From positions 2,053 through 66,052 of the forward strand of contig JBIKLA010000018.1 of NCBI GenBank assembly GCA_044360075.1: a DNA stretch of 64,000 nt. Direction: 5' to 3'. Under the pieces are notes generated by a model, which saw only the letters and a program-made list of their open reading frames with translations, was not told where the DNA came from and made no database searches. Below, in pieces: positions 39,610 through 47,725 of the stretch. The position numbers and the translations under genes were made by a program. The stretch's first letter is position 1. Every line of letters begins with the position of its first letter. Source of the stretch: Bdellovibrionota bacterium (lineage in GTDB: Bacteria > Bdellovibrionota_C > UBA2361 > OMII01).

Positions 39610-39616
39610 CGTTCCC

Positions 39617-39643
39617 GCAACTTTTCGCCCTGGCCCCCGAACA
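39617..39643 (+). promoter_or_regulatory. Sigma-28-like internal promoter upstream of the needle/rod-like gene
   Basis: GCAA-N15-CCCGAACA, 37 nt before ATG 39681. Confidence 0.55.
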
Positions 39644-39680
39644 CCCTTCTTGCAACCACTCGAAGAGGAGGGCTTACCGT

Positions 39681-40001
39681 ATGTTCACCAGCTTAATTCA
39701 GGCAACACCGCAGGGCTCATGGGGGCTTCAGCCCGAGGGCTCCTCGATGCTCCGCTACGCGCCAGAGCCACACAGCACGCTCGGTAAGTGGGTTCAGGCA
39801 GCGACGAGCACCGTCGCAAACATGGCGACAACCGCCTTGACCGGCAATCCGATGCTCGACTCGGCGGCTGACTTCCAGCAGCTAATCCAGACGCAGATCC
39901 AGGTCCAGCGGGACATGCAGATATACACCATGGTCTCGAACCTTGAGCGCTCCAAGCACGAGACGGAGATGGCCCCGGTCCGAAACATGCGTGTTGGCTA
40001 G
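39681..40001 (+). CDS. SctF/SctI-like needle or inner-rod protein (106 aa)
   Basis: C-terminal amphipathic helix FQQLIQTQIQVQRDMQIYTMVSNLERSKHETEMAPVRNMR resembles the ends of T3SS needle/rod subunits. S/P/T-rich N-terminus, no signal peptide, strong RBS. Confidence 0.55.
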   Translation: MFTSLIQATPQGSWGLQPEGSSMLRYAPEPHSTLGKWVQAATSTVANMATTALTGNPMLDSAADFQQLIQTQIQVQRDMQIYTMVSNLERSKHETEMAPVRNMRVG

Positions 40002-40052
40002 TGAGATGACCGCCCTCCCGCGAGGGAGGGCGCCACCATCCGGAGGCACGAA

Positions 40053-41939
40053 GTGAAGGCAGCATCGATCAGCTCACGGGACATTGCAGTGCCTCTTGGC
40101 CTGCTCCTCGTCGTCGGGTGTATCTTAATTCCGCTGCCTCCGGGTATCCTCGATATCCTGCTCTGCTCAAACCTGCTTTTTGCGCTGCTACTTGTAATCG
40201 GATCGCTGCACATTCGCGATCCGCTGCGGATCGCAACGCTCCCCTCGCTTCTCCTCATGGCGACCCTCTCTAGGCTCTCGCTGAACATCGCCACGACGCG
40301 GGCGGTGCTGGGCTCGGGGCACGCGGGCAAGGCGGTGGAGGCCTTCGGCTCTGTCGTGATTCAGGGCAGCGCTGTTGTTGGATTTGTCCTCTTTGTGCTT
40401 ATCACCCTGATTCAGTTTATCGTTGTGGCAAAGGGCGCGGAGCGTGTGGCTGAGGTTGCGGCGCGCTTTACCTTGGACGCCATGCCCGGCAAGCAGATGG
40501 CTATCGACGCGGAGCTGCGCAGCGGGCTGCTCGACCCGGAACAGGCGCGGCGCAAGCGCATGGAGGTCCAGACGGAATCGCGCTTCTACGGCGCGCTCGA
40601 CGGTGCCATGAAGTTCGTCAAAGGGGATGCTATAGCGGGGATCGTCATAACAGCCGTAAATATCTGCGGCGGCCTGCTCATAGGAATTCTCGTCCATCAG
40701 CTCGACCTTGAGGTAGCACTTAGGCGCTACACAATTCTCACCATCGGCGACGGGCTCTTGTCGCAGATTCCGTCACTGCTAAACTCGGTTGCGGCCGGGC
40801 TGGTAGTCACGCGCGTTCAGGTCGATGAGTCATCCACGCTCTCGTCGGACCTCCTCATGCAGCTTGGGCAATTCAGGGCCGCGCGCACGTTCGTTGCCGC
40901 GGCCTCCTTCGTGCTCGGGTGCCTGCCGGGCATGCCGCATGTGGCGCTGCTGGCTGTGAGCTCCGCCATAGCGCTTCCGCTCATCATGGTGCGGCGGGGC
41001 GGTCCCAAAGATGAGCCGCCGCAGCCCAAGCTCTTTGAGCCCAGGCTCGCGCACTCCGTGCAGCTGGAAGTTTCCAAGGCGCTGCTTCCCTGCATGCCGG
41101 CTCTCGACAAAGTGAACGAGGCCCTTGAGGCGATTCGGGAGGATTTTTTCTCGCGCTGGGGGGTCGTGCTCCAGCGCCCTGGATTGTCGCTGTGGGATGA
41201 GCCGCAGGGGGCCTTTCGCATCTTGGTGCGCGGCATGGAGGTTTCGCGCTGCGAGCGCGATCCTGACGCAGCGACGTGGGATCTTCTTCTTCGGGAGGTG
41301 CGGGAGGTTGTCGATGGGCACAAAGCTGAGCTGATCGATGATGGGGCGACGCGACGGGCGCTTGATTACGTTGAGAAGCAGGTTCCTGACCTCGTGACGG
41401 GCACGGTGCCATCGCTGCTGTCACTCACGCAGATGACATCGCTGCTTCGCAGCCTCCTGCGAGAAGATCTCACGACGCGACACCTGGACATCATTCTTCA
41501 AACGATCGCCGAGAGTGGTGGGCGGTTTTCGGAGCGGGCGCTCTTGGCCGAGGTGCGCGTGGCGCTGGCACCGGTGGTCAGCCAGGCTGTGGGTCGTGGC
41601 CGCCGCATTCAGGCTGTGGCGCTTGATCCGCTGCTTGACCTTGCGCTCTCAAAGGCCGAAGAGAGCGCCTCCCTTTTGGCTGGGGACCTCCTTGATCTGG
41701 TCAGCGAAGAGGCAGGCGGGGCGGCGGCGAAGGGCCTTCCGATCCTCACGTCAAAGCGGGCACGGGCTTACGTAAGGGATATCGTCCGGGTGCGCTGGCC
41801 GCACGCAGTCATCATCGCGCATGAGGAAGTAGCCCCGCGCTATGAGCTTGAGATCGTTGGAAAGATAGAGGTGGCGCAGGAGCATCAGCGCGAGCAGCTG
41901 CTAAGCGCCACCCTGGGGATGAGGGAGGCGCGGGCATGA
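40053..41939 (+). CDS. sctV: Type III secretion export gate protein SctV (FlhA/LcrD, FHIPEP family)
   Basis: KGAERVAEVAARFTLDAMPGKQMAIDAEL, DGAMKFVKGDAIAG and LTIGDGLLSQIP motifs, about 8 TM helices. MKFVKGD is the injectisome-type variant (FlhA is usually SKFVRGD). Confidence 0.95.
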   Translation: MKAASISSRDIAVPLGLLLVVGCILIPLPPGILDILLCSNLLFALLLVIGSLHIRDPLRIATLPSLLLMATLSRLSLNIATTRAVLGSGHAGKAVEAFGSVVIQGSAVVGFVLFVLITLIQFIVVAKGAERVAEVAARFTLDAMPGKQMAIDAELRSGLLDPEQARRKRMEVQTESRFYGALDGAMKFVKGDAIAGIVITAVNICGGLLIGILVHQLDLEVALRRYTILTIGDGLLSQIPSLLNSVAAGLVVTRVQVDESSTLSSDLLMQLGQFRAARTFVAAASFVLGCLPGMPHVALLAVSSAIALPLIMVRRGGPKDEPPQPKLFEPRLAHSVQLEVSKALLPCMPALDKVNEALEAIREDFFSRWGVVLQRPGLSLWDEPQGAFRILVRGMEVSRCERDPDAATWDLLLREVREVVDGHKAELIDDGATRRALDYVEKQVPDLVTGTVPSLLSLTQMTSLLRSLLREDLTTRHLDIILQTIAESGGRFSERALLAEVRVALAPVVSQAVGRGRRIQAVALDPLLDLALSKAEESASLLAGDLLDLVSEEAGGAAAKGLPILTSKRARAYVRDIVRVRWPHAVIIAHEEVAPRYELEIVGKIEVAQEHQREQLLSATLGMREARA

Positions 41940-42562
41940 AACTGTGGAGAAATGCCGCACGCGGCGCAACTTTGGGGGGCGCAACTTCGATTACCCGGTA
42001 TATGCTGTTGGCGGCCACAGCGCTTAGCGGCTGCTGGCTTCCGGTGGGCGTGCCGGCTGAACGGGTTGAGCGGGCGCAGCAGCTCGTCGATGAGGGCACC
42101 GAGGCGCTGCGGGAGCGGCGGTTTAGCGCCGCGCAGGTCAAGTTTTCGCTGGCTTATGACCTCGCGCCACTTACTGCGGCGCTCGATGGCCAGGGCTGTG
42201 TGGCGCTTCTGCGCGGTGAGTACCAGCGGGCAGAGGAGCTGTTTAAGGAGGCGCTTGCGAGTGACGCAAGCTATGACCGCGCCTTGGCCAATCTCGCGCT
42301 CCTCTACGATGTTACGGGCCGGAGCAGTGAGGCGAGGGAGCTATACGATCGCTTCCTTGAGCAGGAACCTGAGGAGGCCACTGTGCGGAATAACAGGGCG
42401 GCGCTGGCATACGACCTCAGCGCCGACGGGGAGTGGGTCGGGGATGAATTATCGAAGGCGTCGCTCCTTGTGGATGATGGCGTTGTTATAGGAAACCTTA
42501 AGCTGGTAGGACGAATTCCGGAGGAACGACATGACAAAGAAAGCGACCAAGGAACGAAGTGA
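41936..42562 (+). CDS. TPR lipoprotein (TadD/pilotin-like)
   Basis: Lipobox LSGC; three to four TPR-like repeats (ALDGQGCVAL, ALANLALLY, VRNNRAAL); ATGA coupling to sctV. Confidence 0.7.
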   Translation: MKLWRNAARGATLGGATSITRYMLLAATALSGCWLPVGVPAERVERAQQLVDEGTEALRERRFSAAQVKFSLAYDLAPLTAALDGQGCVALLRGEYQRAEELFKEALASDASYDRALANLALLYDVTGRSSEARELYDRFLEQEPEEATVRNNRAALAYDLSADGEWVGDELSKASLLVDDGVVIGNLKLVGRIPEERHDKESDQGTK

Positions 42563-42848
42563 GAATCTTCCCCACAGGAGTGCCCGGCAGGTGCCCGGTC
42601 CGGCGCAGGAGGTTGCGCCTCCGGTGTCGATTGAGGACCTTAACCTAAACGCCACGATCCTCGCCGCGCAGAAACAGGTTTTTAAATCTGAGCAGGAGGC
42701 GCTCGATTTTTTCTACGCAAGGCTGCTCCAGGCGGCCGGGGGTAGCGCTGCTGAGCAGGCACAGATGATGGAATTCCTTGAGCTTTTGATTGAAACGGAC
42801 CCCCTACTCAAGGAGGAGTTGCTGTCTGGGGTAACGATCAGAAAGTGA
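42531..42848 (+). CDS. Small acidic helical hypothetical protein
   Basis: GGAGG RBS; overlaps the upstream gene by 32 nt. Confidence 0.7.
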   Translation: MTKKATKERSENLPHRSARQVPGPAQEVAPPVSIEDLNLNATILAAQKQVFKSEQEALDFFYARLLQAAGGSAAEQAQMMEFLELLIETDPLLKEELLSGVTIRK

Positions 42849-42881
42849 GTCGATCCAGAGCGCTGCATAATCCTAAGGTGC

Positions 42882-43601
42882 ATGCAGCAGGCACCGGGCC
42901 AGGAAGCCCAACGAAAAATCCTCATAGCTGACGATGACGCCGACTCGCGCGTAATCGTGGCCAGCGTTATCTCGCTCATGGGGTACACGCCCGTTGTGGT
43001 CGCCAATGGGCAAGAGGCTCTTGAGCAGAGCAAGCAGGAGGTGCCGCACCTCGCCATTCTTGACTACATGATGCCTGACCTCACCGGGATCGAGGTGTGT
43101 CACCGCATTAAGCACAACGCCGCTGGAGAGTTTGTGCCGGTGCTCATGCTAACCGCGCGCGACACGGTGCGCGACAAGGTGGCGGCGTTTGAGGAGGGGG
43201 TGGATGACTACCTCACCAAGCCGTTCAACTACCAGGAGTTTCAGGCACGCGTGAAGGCGCTGCTTCGGGTGCGCGACCTTACCTTCGACCTGCGCGACAC
43301 CAACGAAGAGCTCAAGAAGATGCAGCAGAAGATCGTCGAGCAGGAGCGCCAGCTGGCAGTGGGCCAGCTAGCCGGCACGGCGGCGCACCAGCTGGGCCAG
43401 CCGCTTTCGGCCATCCTGCTCAACTGCTACCTCATCGAGCAGCTTCCCAAGAACGACCCGAAATTCATCGGCGCGCTGGCCGCCATCAAGAGCGACACCA
43501 AGCGCATGAGCGACCTCATTAACCAGCTTCGGTCCGTAAAGGCATCTGATCGCGAAGGCTACTTCGGCGGCACTGAGATACTCAAGCTTAAGGACGACTA
43601 G
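42882..43601 (+). CDS. Response regulator receiver fused to a HisKA/DHp domain, lacking the ATPase domain
   Basis: REC motifs IADDD, ILDYMMP and YLTKPF, then a coiled coil and H-box AAHQLGQPL. The ORF ends about 70 aa after the His with no N/G boxes. Confidence 0.85.
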   Translation: MQQAPGQEAQRKILIADDDADSRVIVASVISLMGYTPVVVANGQEALEQSKQEVPHLAILDYMMPDLTGIEVCHRIKHNAAGEFVPVLMLTARDTVRDKVAAFEEGVDDYLTKPFNYQEFQARVKALLRVRDLTFDLRDTNEELKKMQQKIVEQERQLAVGQLAGTAAHQLGQPLSAILLNCYLIEQLPKNDPKFIGALAAIKSDTKRMSDLINQLRSVKASDREGYFGGTEILKLKDD

Positions 43602-43604
43602 CGG

Positions 43605-44633
43605 CTAGGCCACTTCCCGGCGGCGAGGCAGCGAGCTCTCGATTGCCTGGTAGCCGCCCGTCATATCCCTGAGCTGTGCGCGTAGCGTCGACAGCAGGAA
43701 CGCCCCCGGGATACCTATTACAATGTATTGGATAATGTGCTGCGTGAGGACCATGCACAGCGCAAGCTCTTTTGGCTCAACGCCAGCCGAGGTGAGCACC
43801 TTAATGGCCACGAGCTCAATAACTCCAAAGCCTCCGGGAGCAGCCGGGATCAGGGAGCTGAAGTTGACCGCGACGAGGAACAGCACCGTTCCCGAGAGCG
43901 AGAGGGGCGAGTTGTACGCCGCTGCAACGCAGGCGAAGGCACCGAGCTCCACGAGCCAAATCGCCGTAGACCAGGCTGCGATTTTGAGGGCCCTCCTCGG
44001 AGAACAGAGGGGGCTTAAGCCGTGAATAAAGGTTTGCACGCGCGAGAAGGTGTAGGTCGATGCCTTGTGGTCGAGCCGCTCCGCTACCTTGTCGGTAAAC
44101 GCAAAGATCTTTGCGCGCAGCGAGAGCACCGCGACAACCCCAACTGCGACCGCCACGAAGAGGTACGCCACGTAGGTGAGATTCTGGGCGTACTCGGGAT
44201 CGAGGTGCCCTTGGCCCAGCCACATGATGATGATTACGAACATAAGGCTTATCGCTAGGCCGTCCGCAAGACGCTCGCTCGCTATCGTCGCCAGCACCAG
44301 CGTGCGCGGCTTGCCGACGACCTTGGAGCCCAGGTGCGCCCTGACAAGCTCTCCGGCACGGGCGGGCAGGATGTTGTTCATGAAGAAGCCGAGCACGAGT
44401 ACGCGGTACGACGAGCCAAAGGGCAGAGGACTGTCAGGAAAGAGGAGCGGCCATCGCGCGGCACGCAGAATGTACGACAGCACCGTCAGCAGAACTACGC
44501 CGAGCAGATACAGGACCTTAGCGCCGGTTGCGTACGTGCGGAGGATCTCAAAGCTTACCTCATGGAAGGCGAGGTACAGGGCCACGATCGTGATCAGCCA
44601 GGGAAGGACAAACTTAAAGATAATTCGCTTCAT
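43605..44633 (-). CDS. UPF0104 / lysylphosphatidylglycerol synthase TM-region (flippase-like) membrane protein
   Basis: RAARW, GFFMNNILPARAGELVR, ASERLAD and LIPAAPGGFGVIE motifs. Confidence 0.85.
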   Translation of the reverse strand: MKRIIFKFVLPWLITIVALYLAFHEVSFEILRTYATGAKVLYLLGVVLLTVLSYILRAARWPLLFPDSPLPFGSSYRVLVLGFFMNNILPARAGELVRAHLGSKVVGKPRTLVLATIASERLADGLAISLMFVIIIMWLGQGHLDPEYAQNLTYVAYLFVAVAVGVVAVLSLRAKIFAFTDKVAERLDHKASTYTFSRVQTFIHGLSPLCSPRRALKIAAWSTAIWLVELGAFACVAAAYNSPLSLSGTVLFLVAVNFSSLIPAAPGGFGVIELVAIKVLTSAGVEPKELALCMVLTQHIIQYIVIGIPGAFLLSTLRAQLRDMTGGYQAIESSLPRRREVA

Positions 44634-44843
44634 GACTCCTAAGCGCGATCCTTGCCGAAGGCTGAGAAAACGCTCCTGCCCCCAATCGACCCCTTTTTTC
44701 GGGAAGTTTGAACACGTATCCTGGCAGAAGATAGGAGCAGGTTAGCAAGGATGGGGAGAAACGCCAAGCGGCGCCTTTTCTCTATACTTCTGGCCGGATC
44801 TCGCCCCTGCGCGCCAAGAAACCCCCTCATCCGGAGAGTAACG

Positions 44844-45809
44844 ATGCCCGCCAAGCCCTCTTACCAATTTGACTGGATACGGACGGCCGATGAGTTGGCC
44901 CAAGCAGCGGCTACCCTTGAGCGCGAGCCCTTCCTTTCGATCGACACCGAGACGAGCGGATGGCAGACCGGCAATGAGCAGCTGTGCCTGATTCAGATCG
45001 GCATCCCCTCAACCAAGCGAGTGCTGCTCGTGGATGTCTTGGCAACCGGAGCGCCGACCGCGCTGGGTCCGCTCCTGGTGGCCCCGAATCCGCTAATTGT
45101 GGCGCACAACGCCTCGTTCGAGGAGCGGCAGTTCGCCCGCTACGATCTGAAGGTAAAGGGCGTGCGGGACACACTCGCCATGTCCCGCGAGCTCCGGCCG
45201 GACCTTCCAAACCACACCCTGCGCACCTGCTGCCGACTGCTGCTCGGCGTCGAGATGAGCAAGGAGGAGCAGACGAGCGACTGGTCTATTCGACCTCTCA
45301 GTGACCGGCAGATTGATTATGCGCGCCTTGATGCCGAGGTCGCGCTGACGCTCTACGACTACCTTAATGGCCTCGAGGAGCGAGCCAAAAGGGATCTCGA
45401 CCTCGACATACCCAAGCTTGTTGAGGAGTACTCGTCGGTTGTGAAGGGCCGCTTCGATCTCGCGGCATCGATCGCCCACGAATATGCGTATCTCCAGGCA
45501 CGCGAGAATAAGCTGCGGGAGGCGATTCGCCAGAAGCTTATCGACGGGTCGCCTGCCTACGACGGGCCGTTCGGCAAGGCGTCGATCTCGAAGGTAAAAC
45601 GCACCGAGGTCAATCCGCAGCGAGTGCGCGAGGTGTTCCCGGAATTCGCCCAGGAGGTTATTCAGGAGCACGTCGACAGGAAGCGTTTTGATGCCGTCGC
45701 GAAGGAGCGTGGGCTTCCCAAGAACTCGATTGAGGTGGTGCTCGACACGGTGGGATACAACGACCGACTCTCCCTGGCGCTTAAGGACGAGTCTGGCGTA
45801 CTTGAGTAG
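44844..45809 (+). CDS. RNase D-like DEDDy 3'-5' exonuclease with an atypical C-terminal domain
   Basis: IDTET, LCLIQIG, HNASFEE, DWSIRPLS and YARLDA motifs. GGAG RBS precedes ATG 44844. Confidence 0.85.
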   Translation: MPAKPSYQFDWIRTADELAQAAATLEREPFLSIDTETSGWQTGNEQLCLIQIGIPSTKRVLLVDVLATGAPTALGPLLVAPNPLIVAHNASFEERQFARYDLKVKGVRDTLAMSRELRPDLPNHTLRTCCRLLLGVEMSKEEQTSDWSIRPLSDRQIDYARLDAEVALTLYDYLNGLEERAKRDLDLDIPKLVEEYSSVVKGRFDLAASIAHEYAYLQARENKLREAIRQKLIDGSPAYDGPFGKASISKVKRTEVNPQRVREVFPEFAQEVIQEHVDRKRFDAVAKERGLPKNSIEVVLDTVGYNDRLSLALKDESGVLE

Positions 45810-45817
45810 CGTAGTGG

Positions 45818-46771
45818 CTACGAGGGGGATTCTCCGGCACGCTGGAGGAGCGCCCAGTAATAGCGAAACGAGGCCCTGTCGTGCAGCCGGCCGTTCAACT
45901 GAATTGGCCCCCACTGCGCTGAGACAGCAGCGGCGATAATCTCCTTGGCCTCGTCGATCTCCTCGCGCGAGGGGGTCATGCCCTTGATAATCGGGTCTAT
46001 CTGCTCTGGATGTATGCTCCACATGCGCAGGTAGCCGAACTCGTGGCGGGCCCGATATGCGTCGGCGTACGCCGTCTCAGGATCCTTCACGTCGACCGTT
46101 ACGTTGTGGTTGGCGATCTTCCCGGCGCCGAGCGCTGCCAGGGCGATGCGCGACTTGGCCAGCGCCACCAGCTTGTGGTCAAACTGGCCGGGGCTGCGCA
46201 TGCAGTCGGCTGGGATGGCGCCTCCGAGGTGCGAGATAAAGTCCATCAGGCCAAAATCGAGGCTCTCCACCTGCGGCAGCCGCGATAGCTCATCGAGTGA
46301 CTCAAGGGCTTCGGGAGTCTCTACCAAGAGGTGCAGCGGGATGCGGCGAGAGATGCCCGCACGGCGCAGGTGGTGCTCGATGAGGCCCGAGATCCAAAGC
46401 ACTTCGCGGGCCGACCTAACCTTGGGCACGGTGATATAGGACACGTGTGCCCCCGCCCGCCCAAGGATCGCCTCAAGGTCTCGCCCGATCTCCGCCGACT
46501 GCGGCGCATGCACCCGCACTCCGACCTGCTTGAATGAGTTCTCGTGAGAGAGGAGCATCGCAGCGAAAAAATCGCGCAGCGGCTCCTCTTGGCCTATCGG
46601 CGCGCCGTCCTCCAGGTCGAGGGTGATGTCCATGAGAGAGCGGCCATGAGGGCCGACGTACCGGCCCTGCAGTGCAAGCGCCTTGCGCACAAACTTCTCG
46701 TTCCCTGCAATGTGCTCGCATGGGGCGATGTCAGGAAGGGTATGGCTCATCTCAAGAGGCGCGGCGTTCAT
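45818..46771 (-). CDS. HpcH/HpaI aldolase / CitE-like CoA-lyase family protein
   Basis: TLDLEDGA, YITVPKV, HLLVET, SLDFGLMDF and MWSIHPEQI motifs. Start set at ATG 46771 (46750 is an alternative). Confidence 0.85.
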   Translation of the reverse strand: MNAAPLEMSHTLPDIAPCEHIAGNEKFVRKALALQGRYVGPHGRSLMDITLDLEDGAPIGQEEPLRDFFAAMLLSHENSFKQVGVRVHAPQSAEIGRDLEAILGRAGAHVSYITVPKVRSAREVLWISGLIEHHLRRAGISRRIPLHLLVETPEALESLDELSRLPQVESLDFGLMDFISHLGGAIPADCMRSPGQFDHKLVALAKSRIALAALGAGKIANHNVTVDVKDPETAYADAYRARHEFGYLRMWSIHPEQIDPIIKGMTPSREEIDEAKEIIAAAVSAQWGPIQLNGRLHDRASFRYYWALLQRAGESPS

Positions 46772-46832
46772 CCCCCTGACATAGGGGAAAGTGGCAAAAA
46801 AAGGAAGCGCCTTTGTTGGCGCAGTGGGGAGC

Positions 46833-47603
46833 CTACTTCTTTTCGCTCCGGTTGATATCTTCCATGCGGGCCATGGCGGCCTCAACCGATATCCCGTATG
46901 GGCCCTCCATCTGGCGAATAATGTCCTCGGCCGCCGGATTGCGAATGCCATTAAGCATGTCGATATGGTGAATTGCGTCTCGGGCCTGGGCCAGCTTTCG
47001 ATGGCGCTCGTCCTCCTGTTTCTGGGCATCTTCCCGCGCTTCCTGGCGATCCCTTCGCACCTCTGCGGCGAGCCGCTCAAGCGCAAGCGCCAGGACCGCG
47101 CTTCCCTCGTCCTTTGGCGACGACAGCTCTGCCACCCCTATGGGCTTAAGAACCGAAGCGGAACCCGTAAAATCGTGGACGAGCCCATGAGCCATTGTGG
47201 TCGGCGATTCCGGGCGCTCAATGTAAATGACAGAGGTCGTTGTTCCAAGCGTCTTGCGGAGCGCTGAGAGCATGTAGACCGTTACCTCAAGCGGGTAGAG
47301 AAGTATCTCCGCCATTAAGGGGCGCTTCTCGGCTTTTTCGGGTTCCTCGGGTGTGGATGTTGGCAGCTCCTGCTTGAGCGCGCCCGATATAGATTCGCTA
47401 GAGGCAAACAGATCGCGGCATGAGAGCCGGCGCATGACGACAGATGGTCCGCGGGCGATCGTGGAGAGGATTTTCTGAAGGCCGGACCGCGGTTCGGTCT
47501 CGCTCATGGCGCCGTGAAGCTGCGCCTGTGTTGCCGGCTCCGTGTTTGTCATAGCGTCGAGTGTTCGCGGAACGCGTGCCTCGTGCTTTGATGTAAGGCT
47601 CAT
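46833..47603 (-). CDS. Hypothetical protein with C-terminal coiled coil
   Basis: Charged heptad stretch ERLAAEVRRDRQEAREDAQKQEDERHRKLAQAR and an S/T/P/E-rich N-terminus. Start at 47603 or 47552. Confidence 0.7.
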   Translation of the reverse strand: MSLTSKHEARVPRTLDAMTNTEPATQAQLHGAMSETEPRSGLQKILSTIARGPSVVMRRLSCRDLFASSESISGALKQELPTSTPEEPEKAEKRPLMAEILLYPLEVTVYMLSALRKTLGTTTSVIYIERPESPTTMAHGLVHDFTGSASVLKPIGVAELSSPKDEGSAVLALALERLAAEVRRDRQEAREDAQKQEDERHRKLAQARDAIHHIDMLNGIRNPAAEDIIRQMEGPYGISVEAAMARMEDINRSEKK

Positions 47604-47725
47604 ATTCGGACTCCCCACCGATGGGTATGGCGCTCCGATTATGAGGTGTGACATACCTAGCGCTGTCGGTTTGCGTCCTTATAGGAACGCAGCTGTGTGA
47701 AACGTCATTAAAAAAGGAACCAGTC

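Noticed and set aside
36928-41939. Flagellar operon interpretation (fliA-fliF-fliM/N-flhA)
   Set aside because: The ring protein is a short lipoprotein (SctJ type), the gate motif is MKFVKGD, and no rod, hook, filament or motor genes are adjacent. Phylogeny is still needed to close this.
42531-42848. FlgM anti-sigma factor
   Set aside because: Lacks the FlgM C-terminal pattern (KV..LK.AI..G.Y.VD).
45093-46022. 309-aa minus-strand ORF
   Set aside because: Antisense to the RNase D-like gene and out of frame with the CitE-like gene.
46772-47086. N-terminal extension of the 422-aa CitE-like track ORF
   Set aside because: Overlaps the coiled-coil gene in another frame; family similarity starts near 46771.
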